A DNA stretch of 64,000 nt from Amoebophrya sp. A120 (GCA_905178155.1 CAJINV010000001.1:4754747-4818746), one strand, 5' to 3'; counted from the stretch's first letter, positions 52,001 through 64,000 are shown. Notes: generated by a model from the sequence alone, not told the origin. A program made the numbers and translations.

Positions 52001-55000
52001 CTCGAGCGCAGCAGCTTCCACTGTCGGCACTACCAAGCATCCGCGACGGCGTCCGGCAGTCGCTCGGCCCAGCACAGCAGCCGGAGTTTTCCCACCTACC
52101 ATACCGCCGCCGGGGAGTTGACGGAGTTGGACTTTTTGTTTCCAAATTTAGAAACGCTCCGGCTCTACGAGGTTCCGCGGTACGTTCTCGTCGACGTCAC
52201 GTTGCCGCTCTTCGCAAACTTGAAGGTGTTCTGTCTCCGGGGCGGGACCCTGGTCGCGCCCGTGGTTTTGGGGGACTTGAAATTAGGAAGTAGTAGTTGC
52301 AGTGGTAATTATCTTCCAAGCGCTGGTCCGACGACCGGCTCCTCATTGTCGCGGATGCAGATCAGCACGATCCGCGAGAATTCTCCCGGCCCGAATATGC
52401 AGGCGTCGACCTTCTCGCCGAGAACAGCCATTGCGGATCTCGACGTCGAAGCCAACTACAGTGTGATGGATGATGAGAACCAGCAGGCGGATGAAGAACG
52501 TCGCGATCGCGAACAACAGACGGCCAGTACGACAACAAGGACCACGACGAGCCCGCTCCTAGATTTGCGCGACGGAAGACTGCAGGGCGGCGCAGAGGGG
52601 ACAACTACTAGCACAACATCGGTGCAGCAGGACCACGTTCAGATCAAAACGGCACGGAGCGAACGCACGTTAAGAGGTTCTCGGATGAAAAGTTCTTCTG
52701 CGGTAGACAGTTTGTCCATCGCGACGCCAGGGCAAATGCTGCTGGAATTCGAGCTGAGCCCGAAGTCGAATAAAGGAAAGAAGAAGTCGTGCAAGATGAA
52801 CTTGGCTATTGCGGACGAAAATCCAAGATTTGATGCAACAAGTCCAACGCAAAGTCCGGTAGATGACGAGAAAGAGAAGTTGCAGGCGGTAAAAAACCAA
52901 GTGCAGCAGGCCATCCAGAAAAAGAAACCTGCCGGAGCAGGCTTGCAGGCGATCCTGGATGCGTTCGAAAAGGATTTCGTTAGCAAAGACCAGCAAGAGG
53001 TGGAAAACGACAATGGAACAGTCGCATCGCCTGTTGCAGCAGTGTCTCCCGCATCACTCACCGCGGAACTTCTACCGCAAGACCAGCTGGCAGCAGAAGT
53101 TGATGACCAGCTCTCGGTGGTAGAAAATAACGCTGCAACTGTCGCAGTTGCTGATCCGCGCTTCCGCAGATGGCGATTCCTGGCGGGCGCATCGCGCGCA
53201 AAATTCTTTTCCGCACAAAAGCTGGACTGCCTGGGACTCGAGTTCGGGCGAGTGATTGAAACGCTGAAGAACAGTCACCACAATTACAAGTTCACAAGGC
53301 TTTTGCTGACGGCAATCATCAACTGCGCCTCGGATCACGTCCGGAACTGTTTCCCTCCCTTGATTGAAAAGGATGGGGTTTTCGGATGGGCTGTTTCCTC
53401 TATGGGCTCGCGGCGCCGCCCGCCGCGGCCGGCCGAAGTGACCGCACTGATCGAGAATTTGTGCGACAGCTTGGAAGAACTCTGCCTGAAATTGAAAAAG
53501 TCGTCGTCACAGCTGGTCTCCTCCGCAACTTGCGCCGCTTGTGGCATTGCGACAGGAACTTCTGCGAATGGCAAAAATAAAAGTAAGTCGACTTCTGACG
53601 TCGCTAGTGGTGTTACAACCACATCTTCCTCTTCGCAGCAAGACGTCCACCTTCTCGGTGACAGTCCGTCAACGACCGTAGTTTCCGTCCGCGGTTTCCC
53701 TTCAGGAACCCCGCAAGCCCAACATCAAGCGGAAATAAATAAACCCACCACGACGCGCACCAACAAGCGACATCAAAACGGTCCTCAGGATCCGCACGAC
53801 GCGCTGCAAGCCGTCGCGGAGCGCGTTGCCCTGATCTCTTGGGCAATTGGTAGCGTCTTGTCCAGCCCGTACTGCTTTGATCCCCCGTCGACGCTGTTGG
53901 TGCATGCTTGCAAGGCGGTCTTGGTCGCACTGGAGGCGGTGAACCTGGCGGCGACACAGAATCTTCGGCTACTGGGGCAACTGAGTCAGCCCTCGGTGTT
54001 CGTCACGACGCTGATGCAGAGCAGCTTCTGTGCCAGTCTAAGCTCGGAACGACTGAAACAGGCGTTGCACGAGGTGCGCCGGTTCTGCTGCCACTCGATT
54101 CTCGTGATCCTGCGCCGGTCTTTATTGCAGCAAAGCAAGGCGGAGCGGGCCATGCGGCAGTTGGTCGCGGAGGTGCCGAACCTGATCCCCATTCTGCTAC
54201 CCCCGGACGACGAAACGTCGGACCAGGCTTTGTGCGTCGTGGATCTCGTGGCGTATTTGACCACCTGCACCAACTGGACGGAAACATCCAAGCGGGCGGC
54301 GTTCGACGCCGCGAAGCGCATCGTGCGTGTCTCGGCATCCTCTTCGTCGAGCAAGCGGGGGCGTGGTCCATCTACTGCTTCGGTTGTAGGAGTGAACAAC
54401 ATGATAAATCAACAGGAACATCATCAACCGGGCATTATTGGAGTGGACCAATCGACGTCCCGGTTTATGTCCAATTCCACAGTGGATTTACACGGAGCAG
54501 GCAACATCAGCGGGAGTGCGACCACGTTGCAGCTTCTGCCGTCCCCAAGGGCTTCCGCGGGACCACATAGTACAGCAGCCGCCGCATCTACTGCCGCTAT
54601 TATTCTTGACGCCACGGTTGAAATCGAGCCACTACGCGTGGCGAGGAATGGCGCGAGTGGTCTGATGGAAGTGGACGATAGAGGGAATAACAACAGCTCG
54701 TCTAGAACGGCGCACACCTCACTTTCTGGTAGAAACAATGGAACCACTACAGCCATCTCTCCACGCACGACAACGGCGTTGCGCAGTAGTACGGGAGCAG
54801 AAACCACGAACTCCGCCGTGACTGCGCTTGAGCTTCCCACAAGCGAGTCGGGCGGGGAAGAGTGGGATCCCTACCACTTGGACAGCCGGAAGTTGGCGCT
54901 GGCGGACCGCGGGACGTTCTCCATGTCCAACTGGATGAAATTGAAACGTGGCCTGTCGTCCCCGGGCTCGAAGAGCTCCTCGTGCGCGAGCTCCGGGGGG

Positions 55001-58000
55001 TCCTATTTCACGTGCGACCTGTCCAACAGCGAGAACGAAGAGGAGAAACAAAAAGCCGGGGCCAGTAGTACGAAAAAGGCCGCTTCCGCTACATCGCCGG
55101 CAGAAGGGGCCGTGGTCAAAAGTCCTGGGATTTTGAAAAAGACACCAGAAAGTAAGGCGGAAAAGGACTGCTCAAAAACATCAGACGAGAGTTCTTCTTC
55201 TGCGGAAGACGAGTCTGCACCATCCTCAGCGGCGAATGTTGACAAGTCCGCTTCTGCCACAGTCGAGATCGTAGTTCCGGAAGTAGAACCAATACAGCCA
55301 GCGACGACAACTGCACCAGCTCCGCAAGGAGCGATTTCCAGCGGAGCTACTACAACAGTGGCTGCTGCTCCACCAGTTGTTCTTGCGAATACCGCTCAGG
55401 AGCTCGAAAACGACCCCGCAACCGCCCCTCTGACGACATCCTCAGATGTGACCACGGTTGCGGGCGACGACCTGGCAATTACGCAAACCGTCGCTGCCAA
55501 CGACGGAGTTGTTGTACTTCCGACGACGTCTTCCACAGTAGTGCCGACGTCGACCACAACGACCACTACTATTCGCGTCCCGCAGTACCAACAGGCTGGA
55601 CCTACGAGGAACAATGCGTCCGAGGACAACGAATTCAACCAACTCTCTTCTTCTTCCGCCTCCCGGGACCTGCTGCGCGAAGAGAACGACATGGAGGAAA
55701 ACGACCTGCGCGCTGTGGATGAAGATCACGAGGATAATATCAACGAAGTACAGCCAGCCCATGTTGGTTCCCTTGGCATCATCAACACCTCCACGTCGAG
55801 TTTGTCTTTGTCGCACGCAACCAGTGCGAGCGGATCGAGCACCCCGACGATGTCTACTACAAATCACGGGGGAAGTAACCTGAACCATCTCACGATTCCT
55901 CTTCCCTCTCCACCGATGATGCCGCGGATTAATACGGGGGCGGAAGCGCCCACGGATGAGAACGAGGATGACATCAGCAGGGTCATGGACAGTCGAATTG
56001 TCGACCGGGGAGACCAACTCTCCTTCCATTTGACGACCTCCTCGCTTTCCGATTCCAGCAGTTCCAGCAGTGACAACGAGATTGAGGTGCTCACTAACAA
56101 CAGTCCCAGCCACCAGCGCCTCACCCTGAGGCGGAACGCGCTGCGGCCCAGCCACCCGGAGGCCGCAGACGACGTGGGGGGCGTGGTCGATTTGTCTATG
56201 GACCACACGTATCAACCGAATAGGAACAACAACAGTAACGCTGTTGCAAGAACAGCGGGACCTACTTCGTCCGGAACCATCACCCCAGCACCACCATCGC
56301 GAATCGTACAACCTTTTCGCTACGATCACATGCTGGAGTACCCGCCGTTCCGGTACAGCATTGGGATCGGGCGCAACATGGAACAACAGCAGCGGCAGCG
56401 AACGCCCAGTCCGCAAGAAGACGTCGACTCTGCAAACGAAACGCCACGCACGATTTACACACCCGCCAACGCAGGAGCTTCGGCGAGCCAGTTTATTCCT
56501 CCCATCCCGTCCGCCTGGAGCACTAGCGGGGGACAAAGTGTGCCCATGACGCCGACCAACACGCCTGCGGTTCTCAATTCGCCGCAGCAGCACATGCCAG
56601 GCGCGGCTCCGCCGACCGGGGAGTTGTTTGCCGTGGCCTCGCAGGCTGGCCCAGCGAGCGAGACTGCGATTTTGAATGCGGTGAGTAATCATGCAGCAGC
56701 TTCGTTTGCCGGTGGAGTGGCGGAAATGAACAATGCAGTACCTCCGCAGCAGCTGAACACCAATAATGTTGCGCCGGCACATCCGGACTACAGCAATTTT
56801 GACTTCGATACTGGTCACCGCGTTCGGCGCATGTACAGTACGGCGATGCAGGTGGGCTACCAGCACGAGAGAGCGCAGTCCCGCAGCGTCCCGCCGCCGG
56901 AGGTGCGGAATGTGGTGCAGAACACCTACAGTCTGTACGACGAGATTATCATGCAAGAAGAAGAGGACGTGGAATCTGAGGAGCAAGCGCTGCTGCACCG
57001 CGAGCGGCGGAGAATTCGCGGATCCAGTTCCTCGTCTGCGGCGAATCAACAGCAGAACAACAACAGTACTTCTGCAACTGCTGGAAGTGGTAATATCAAC
57101 ATCTCTGCTTCTCCGGTCACCTCGACTGCGGCGGCCGGCACGAACTGGTGGAGGGCCCGGGGCCAGGCGATTGGTAGTTCATCGTCCACTGGCAATAATA
57201 ATTCGCGGAACGACAATTCCAGTACAAACCACCACCGGCGGGCGCACGAACTCCAGGCCGGCGCGGTGGAGCACCAGCTCGGAGTAGGCCAAGATCATGT
57301 CTTCGACCTCTCGCAGCAAACCCTGTCCGCGTCGGGTGGTGGCTACGTGGCGGCGCCGGACACATCGGCGGTGGAGTCAGTACACTTGACTTCCAGCTCC
57401 AGCGACCAGGACAGCGATGCCGGCGGGTCGTCGCAGCAGCTGCGCCGCATCGAGGCCAGTAACAACGTCCACTTCGCGTCGGACGATACGAGTATTCCGC
57501 CCCAGGGAAACACACAGCTGCAGCAGTCGGGGAGCGATTCTGCTGGAGTTGTTGGGGGAAATCAAGAGGCTGACGATGCGCCAACAACCATAATTTCCTC
57601 TCCCGGCCAGCAAACTCGAGCAAGTGTTGCTGGTGGCGTGAACAGAAGCGTGAACACAATTCGTGCGGCCACGGACCAGGTCGCGTCGCGCCTTTTCCCG
57701 TCCTGGAACACAAACGTGACCAGTGCGACAAGCGGAGCGCGAACGTCCACCTCTGCGAGTACCAGTCTCGCGTTGGCCGCGGCCAGTCGCAGCTATGTCC
57801 TGGACACGCCGGAAGTGAACGTGAACAACGACGAGGCTCTGGGCCGGCCAACACCGTTTGGCTTGAATCCGTACACGAGACAGAACAACTACCCCACGAA
57901 TCGGGCGAGGCGAATTCTCGACTGGGATACCTTTTCGCAAACTGCCAGCAACGAAGCAAACGCGAATGGTGGAACTGCCGCGGCTGCGCGTGCGGCTTTT

Positions 58001-60048
58001 CAGCAAAGGAACGGAATAAATCCCTTCATGGGCGGCGGCGGGCTGGCACCTCCGAGAGGGGCAAATGCAAGCAATGGAACAACCGCATCTGGGCCACCCA
58101 CTGGGATGAATGCACCTCCCGGTGGAATAAATGCGAACAACATCACCGCTGGAAGAATCACACCCGCCTCGTTCGGTTTGTTCGGCTCGCACCGGCGTCA
58201 GCCGCGGCCGCCGGCGATTGATCACAGGTCTCACGCGGTCACGAGTCAGGAGTACGTGCGTCAAATGGAGTCGGGCGCGTTTGCGGACATCTTTCCGTTC
58301 TTAACCGACGGGTCGTACACAACATCAAGCAGCAGTTCCGGAGGAAACAATTCTGCGTATGGTAATTCTACGTCCTCTTCGAGCAACAGTTCTTCTTCGT
58401 CTTCCAGTAGTTCTTCTTCGTCGAGCAGTCACGACCAGGAGAGCAACGAAAATGAAGACAATTCCGCCGTGTTCAGTCTCCTCGACCAAGCTGCGCGGAC
58501 GGCGACCACACGAGCGGGTTCGTCTAGTTCCTGGTCGAATTCAGGGTCCTCTGACGTCGTCGCAATGGTCAATAAATCCACGGGCTTGGAGCAGGATCCA
58601 ACAACTAATACTAGTCGCAGGAGCAAGACAACCACTGCTCCTGCCCCACCAAAGCTGAATTCGGGGCAGCGCATCCGGCACTTTCACGCAAGCCAGATTT
58701 TGGACCGGCTGGCCTACAGCGGCTACCGACCCGCACTGCAAGACCGGGGACAGTTGAAGAAGCGGAAGGAGTGGCAGGCGGCGCTGCGGCCCGGCACGCA
58801 CGTGGACGCCATGGACACCGAGCAGGCCGCCTGGTACGAGTCCTACATCGTGAGTATCAACGAGGACGCGTGTCTGGTGCACTTTCTGGGGTGGAACACC
58901 ACGTGGCGGCGGCACGTGTTTTTGAAGTCCGCGGACGCGTTGAGGCTACAGCCGCGCAACTGGGTCGTCCCGGAGTGGCGGCGCAAGCTCAAGCGCTTAG
59001 ATAGCCTGGATGTCAAAATTCCGCTCGCACAGACCTTAGGAAGCAAACTGGAGATGCACGCATTTTTACCCATTTTGCAGCAGATGAGTTGTACTAGTAG
59101 TTCATCCGCGGGACAAGAAGGACCACACGGAGCTGTATCCTCGTCCTCTACGCAACCAGCAGAGCAGCAACAGACGACTTCGGAGGGGAACAACCTCCAG
59201 AGTAATATCGCCGCTACAGAACAGACCTTAGGATCCGCCCTGCCGACAGTGGCGGAAAATAGTACATCAGCCTCGACTGATGTAAATGGAGCCGCGGCAG
59301 GTTCTCTATTGTCCAGCAGTAGTCCCAGAGGACATCAACATCAGCAGTCCACCACAACAAATACAGCCAATCCGGTGGGACGCACCCCGACTGGCTTGCC
59401 ACAGGGAGCGGTGTTAGAAAAGGGGGATTGTATTCATCTGCAGGCCGGCATCGAGATTTGTAGCTTTGAGGAAGAAAATCTAGTGGAATTGCGGCCGCGA
59501 TGGAAGGTGGCGCAGATCATCCAGCTCCGCGACCGATATGCGCAGGTGCGGGTTCTCGGGAATCCGTTCCCGCGGGAAAGGACGGCAGACCTCGCCGCTG
59601 CAACCTTCGGGGCGATTTTGGATGGAGGGTATCTTATGTTGCTTCACTTGCTTCAACTATGCATTTTTTTATATTTGGGACGACTACGGGCAGCCCAGTA
59701 ACTCTTTTGTCTTACGGAGAAGCTGCAAGGATGGGTGCATCTTCCTTTTCGTTGATAGTACTAGGCTGTTCCCTCTGAAAATTCTCCTACGTAAGTTCAC
59801 GATTAAGTACTTCAGATGTTTTCTTTATCGCTCATCAAAAACCACGAAACAGGTACACGCTCGCCTTCTGGGTCGACCTCTACGGTAATTCCGTGCAGCC
59901 GTTCGGAACACACACCATAAAGCCGTCGACGCGTCGGCCGGTGTGGAGCTTTCTGGAGGCGCCGAATCCGCCGCACATAAGCGCCGACGACCGTTGGGAG
60001 GTCACGGAAGAGGAAACCCCGTTGCGCCCGCACATGTTTGCGGCCTAA
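46088..60048 (+). CDS. Giant (~4,600 aa) mostly disordered protein with F-box-like, LRR-like and C-terminal Tudor/Agenet-like segments
   Basis: 13.5-kb ORF; FFSDFLSLPDILRLEQVSRCL (F-box-like), FPNLETLRL / FANLKVFCL (LRR-like), WQAALRPGTHVDAMD...WYESYIV...LVHFLGW (Tudor-like). GT-AG intron 59629-59852 joins last exon YTLAFWVDLYGNSVQPFGTHT...TAA. Confidence 0.72.
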
Positions 60049-61215
60049 TAGAGACAGATACTTAGCTTTTATGGTGGCTTTCGATTTGATATTCATCAGG
60101 CTTCGCAGCGAAGCAAATTTTGAATTTTTGACTTTTATTTATCTTCGTCTTTACAGTTCGATTTCGATTCGTAAGAGCTTTGATTTCGTGGAGTGTAGAA
60201 GTAAAAGCTCTTTGGATCATCGTTTTTCCGCAGACTACAGAGGAGTATATTGTATGATTTTTCTTGACCGTCAGTTCGTTTTTTTTTTTCGGAAGGTAAA
60301 CAGAGTTGCATAATCAGACTATGAACGACTGATGAGATTCAATTTCAAATATATTTTCGTTCCCTGACGGAGCATCAATTCGAGGCCAATAACTACTACC
60401 CTTTTTTTTTCACCCCCTCGCCAAAAGCATTTCTTTCGAAATATCTTTATCTGCCCCCACAGCATATCGAATCCACCCGATGCGTTTGACAACCTAAAGT
60501 TTTATTTTTTGATCTCTCTCTAACTCTATCACCAGCCACTATCAGCTTCAGCACGAACAAGACGAACACGAAGACAAAGTTTGATGGAAGCTGGTTTCTG
60601 ATGTTCCTAAAACACCTCCTTCGTACCTCCACCACATCGCTCAACATCCGTCCTGGAAGATCTCACCTTAGTAACAGACCGCGACGGAAAAGTATGAAGA
60701 TCCGCTACTAGATCGTCACTGTCGTTTGTTGTGCTCGTACGCAGTCCCTGCGAAACGGTGTGGAACCAAGGGTCACGATGTTGTACGCAACGGTATTGCA
60801 TTACATAATCTCACAGTCCGCTTCACATGCACCAGGAATTTTGTTTGCATACTGCCATTTAATACAACTTGAAATTTGCTTCCGTGATTAGAAATCATCG
60901 AAAAAGTCGAACTGTTTCTCAAGAAAAGTAGATCGTGGAGATGAAGGTGACTACATCAAGTTTCTTAGTTCCCCGCCGAGTCCTACGATTCGATGAAAAG
61001 AGTTTTATATATATAATTTTATGCTTTTTCTTCGTCAAGTGTCGTTTGCTACCAGTTGAATATGAGAAGTTTCTCATTCTTTCTTGTGACTTTTAAGACA
61101 AAGGACTTGATGCTGTCACGAGCAGAATCGGGAATGAGAAAATGTGCCTGCCGCTGCTTCTTCGTCAAAGAAATTCGTTTCATTCACAAACAGCACCTAA
61201 ATTGTCATGCATAAG

Positions 61216-64000
61216 GTTGTATCAAATGCAAAAATGTCTGGGTCTGGAAGAATGCAGGGCTTGTCATGCACAGCTAGCATGGCTCCCAAGTCTGTCATGC
61301 GCGCCACACAAAAGCCACATTTCTCTGTCATGCAGAAACGCAGTTTCTCATGCAGATAGGCAACACTCTAGCAGCTCCAGAACTTGCCATGCTTGGCTGT
61401 CAATGAAGGCGTCCACATGATTCGCCGAACAGCATCACAAGTTTCCAGACCCAGACATATTTGCATTCCATACGTTGTCTCGATCGGCGTGGCCGATCTC
61501 AACGCGTTTGACACCTGGGCAGACGTTATCAACTGTAAAAATGTCTGGGTCTGCAAGATTCTGAAACTTGTCATGCACGTTTTGCATAAGCCATGACGTC
61601 TGTGATGCATACCCTAGCAATACAGATTTTTTGAGGGCTTCTTGATGCCTATTCCGCATGGCAAATGCCTTCTCAGCGTAGCAAAAATTGCGCTCCCTTT
61701 GGTACTCATGCAATGCAGATGTTTTTGGAATCCAAACGCAGCATCACAAGTTGCATTCTATCTTCCAGACCCAGACATTTTTACATTTGATAGACGTCGG
61801 GCTCTCTCCGGTCACGTATTTGAAGCATGTCAAATCCTACTGGCGAATGGTCGTGCGCGGCATGGGCCTGGTGTCCGTCATCGATCGCGTTTTGCAGCAG
61901 AAAGCGGAACAGGTGGACCACACAGGACTAGTATTAATCGCGCGAAAAATAGACCAGGAGCAGGAGCTGGGGAAAACTTCAGCCTTGTGTGCTGCTCAGT
62001 GCGAAGACGAAAAGGAAGATCCTGCTTCCACCACCGGCGGACAAAAAAAGCTGTCTTGTGCAACAAGTAGTAGCGAGGTGAACTACACTTGTAATAAACA
62101 CACGACTTCTGGTCCTGCTGAGGCAGAGAACTACTGCTCCAGGCTGCACTCGTCCCTTTGGCAGTCGGCGTCGGCACCGTTTTTGTCAGATTGGAAGCAG
62201 AAGTCTGCTGGAGTTCTTGTCTGCCCACAACGGGCTCGGTTGAAGTGTTGTAATCGTCGAGACGACACCAGGGTCGACGAACCGTCTACGAAGAGTAATG
62301 CACCCAGCATTTTTGCCAGTACTGCTCACGGAAGCGGCAGTAATCTAGCGGCTTGTCCAAAACACGAGGATGATGCGCCACCAACAACACGGGCGCAGCA
62401 CCAGGATCCTTTACTTCTCGGAGGAGGATTCTTGTCGGCTGCGACGAGCGATACTGGCGCGCCCTTCAACTCCGGCTCTAGTCTTCGCAAGAGGCACGGT
62501 AGTAGAGCTACTGCCTTAACAAGTACAGCAGCTTCTTCAAAAATAACCAAGCAAGCGAGATACAGTGAGGCCGTGAAGATGGTCGATCATAGTCCAAGTA
62601 CAACAATGCTGTCATCGTTGTCTCCGATGAACTATCCGATGAAGCGTGCGCAGAGCTGTCCCAGCAGCCTTCACGAGCTTCCCAGGCAGTTTCGCAGAAG
62701 CAAACGAGAGGAGCTTCCCGCCGGCCCCAAGCTGATCCACAAAGGGACGCCAGAGGCAAAAATCCCGTGGAATTTCCAGGAGTTTCGGCTCAACGACTGG
62801 ACCTTCCAGGAGCGGTACCAGGAGGTGTTGCAGCGCTATCAGAATCTCTGGACCCTGGCGACAAAGAACTTCGATTTATTTGCGATGTCGTTTCAGTCTG
62901 GGCTAGGTTTTTTCGGAGAAGAATCTTCCGCGAAGAATTTTTCAGAAGAAGAAGAAGAACCGGGTCAACGTCATCAAGGCCAAACCAGTAAACCTGTTGC
63001 CGCTGCTGGTTCCGAATCCGAACAGCGCTTTTTCGACGGGCTGATAAAGAGTGTCTACGATATCTCGATGAAACCCCACGGTCATGACTTTGTCCAGCAG
63101 TCGCAAAGGACCGTCGTAGATAAAATGAATCTTGTTCGGAACGAAAACGATTTTCCTGCCCGAGGCCGAGACGACACGACCCGGGTCGCGGGTTTTGTGA
63201 ATGAAATTGAGCTTCATTGGGGAAGCGTGCAGGCAGACTTTGCGTTCTTTGTGCAGGACGAGATGAGGTCACAGATGGAAAGTCTAGTCCCTGATTACAT
63301 CACGGACAACCCGGACGAGGACGAGATTGACGCTGTGGAAGACGAGACTGGGGGATTCGACAGTACGAGGACGTCATACGACAACTCTGACCACCTGCAT
63401 GCGAAGGATCTTCCGCGTCATGCTGAACCTACAGCTTCTGCGCAAGCGCATCTACGCACTGGTAGCCTGTATGATGACCTCGAGGAGGACGAGAAGGATT
63501 TCGGAAAGCTCTCACAGTCCCGCAAGGGAATTTTGCGATCCAAACTGAGCTTGATGGCCAAGAAGTTACCGTTCAAAAAAGGTGCTTCATCTTCTTCGGC
63601 GCAACTGGGAGCTACAGGTTACCAGCATGATGATCTCGTCGCACAAGCAACTACAGGCTCTGGTCCCGGGGGAAACAAGAAATCAACCACGAGCACTAGA
63701 AAAATTTCTTCTAGCGACACGACCATTTTTTCCGAAGATCATGCTACGGCCGCCCAGAATCAGGCACAGGCTCGAAATAAAGTACAGCACATCAATCTTC
63801 ATCCGCAAGAGCTGAAGCAGCTGCGGCAGCGGTTTGAAGAGAAAATCCTCGGTTTCTTGAATCCGCGGTTTCAAGCGGAATTGCAGCGGTGGAGCAGCTT
63901 GTTCAACTTGGAGCACACGCGGATCGTCGAGGAGGAATCCGCTGCTTACAAGCAAAACGGATGGACCTACTTCTTGATCGAATACGGCGACTATGAGTCC
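61216..64000 (+). CDS. Hypothetical protein, 3' truncated; start not identified
   Basis: Manual translation gives an open + frame from 61474 across introner 61527-61792 to the window end (VVSIGVAD...YLKHVKSYWRMVV...WTYFLIEYGDYES); missing from the ORF track because it has no stop. Confidence 0.7.
61220..61472. mobile_element. Introner family A (253 bp), imperfect TSD GGTTG/CGTTG
   Basis: Clear GTCTGGGTCTGG TIRs; downstream exon VVSIGVADLNAFDTW is open. Confidence 0.9.
61527..61792. mobile_element. Introner family A (266 bp), TSD GACGT, opposite orientation to the 17692/27962 copies
   Basis: TIR present; join reads TWAD|VGLSP. Confidence 0.95.

Noticed and set aside
1330-61792. Recurrent peptide (N)AKMSGSG / PDPDIF in many ORFs as a protein motif
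   Set aside because: It is the translation of the family A TIR read through from the upstream exon.
188-64000. Stop-codon reassignment as reported for one Amoebophrya strain
   Set aside because: Long exons have no in-frame stops and gene models end at TAA, TAG or TGA, so the standard code fits.

Overview
Eukaryotic nuclear DNA with eight protein genes, all on the + strand. In order they encode a PKD1/REJ-like membrane protein (5' truncated), an acidic four-EF-hand protein, mitochondrial uL3, an APS kinase ending in KDEL, two low-complexity proteins, a ~4,600-aa F-box-like/Tudor-like protein, and a 3'-truncated hypothetical protein. The dominant feature is 22 complete elements of 206-322 bp (plus one truncated at the window start) that interrupt coding sequence. 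They start TAT, end ATA (one ends ATT), carry terminal inverted repeats (TIRs) and are flanked by 5-bp direct repeats (TSDs; one pair has a mismatch). Removing an element plus one repeat restores the reading frame wherever both flanks can be read, and most lack GT-AG ends, so these are transposon-derived non-canonical introns (introners). This architecture matches what has been described in the parasitic dinoflagellate Amoebophrya (Syndiniales); that taxon assignment is inference. The details most worth testing are insertion in both orientations, a G bias at TSD position 1 in one family only, shuffling of terminal variants, apparent decay into GT-AG introns, a 976-bp relative inside a canonical intron, and a possibly ER-luminal APS kinase. 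All splice models were derived by eye from reading frames, not from transcripts.
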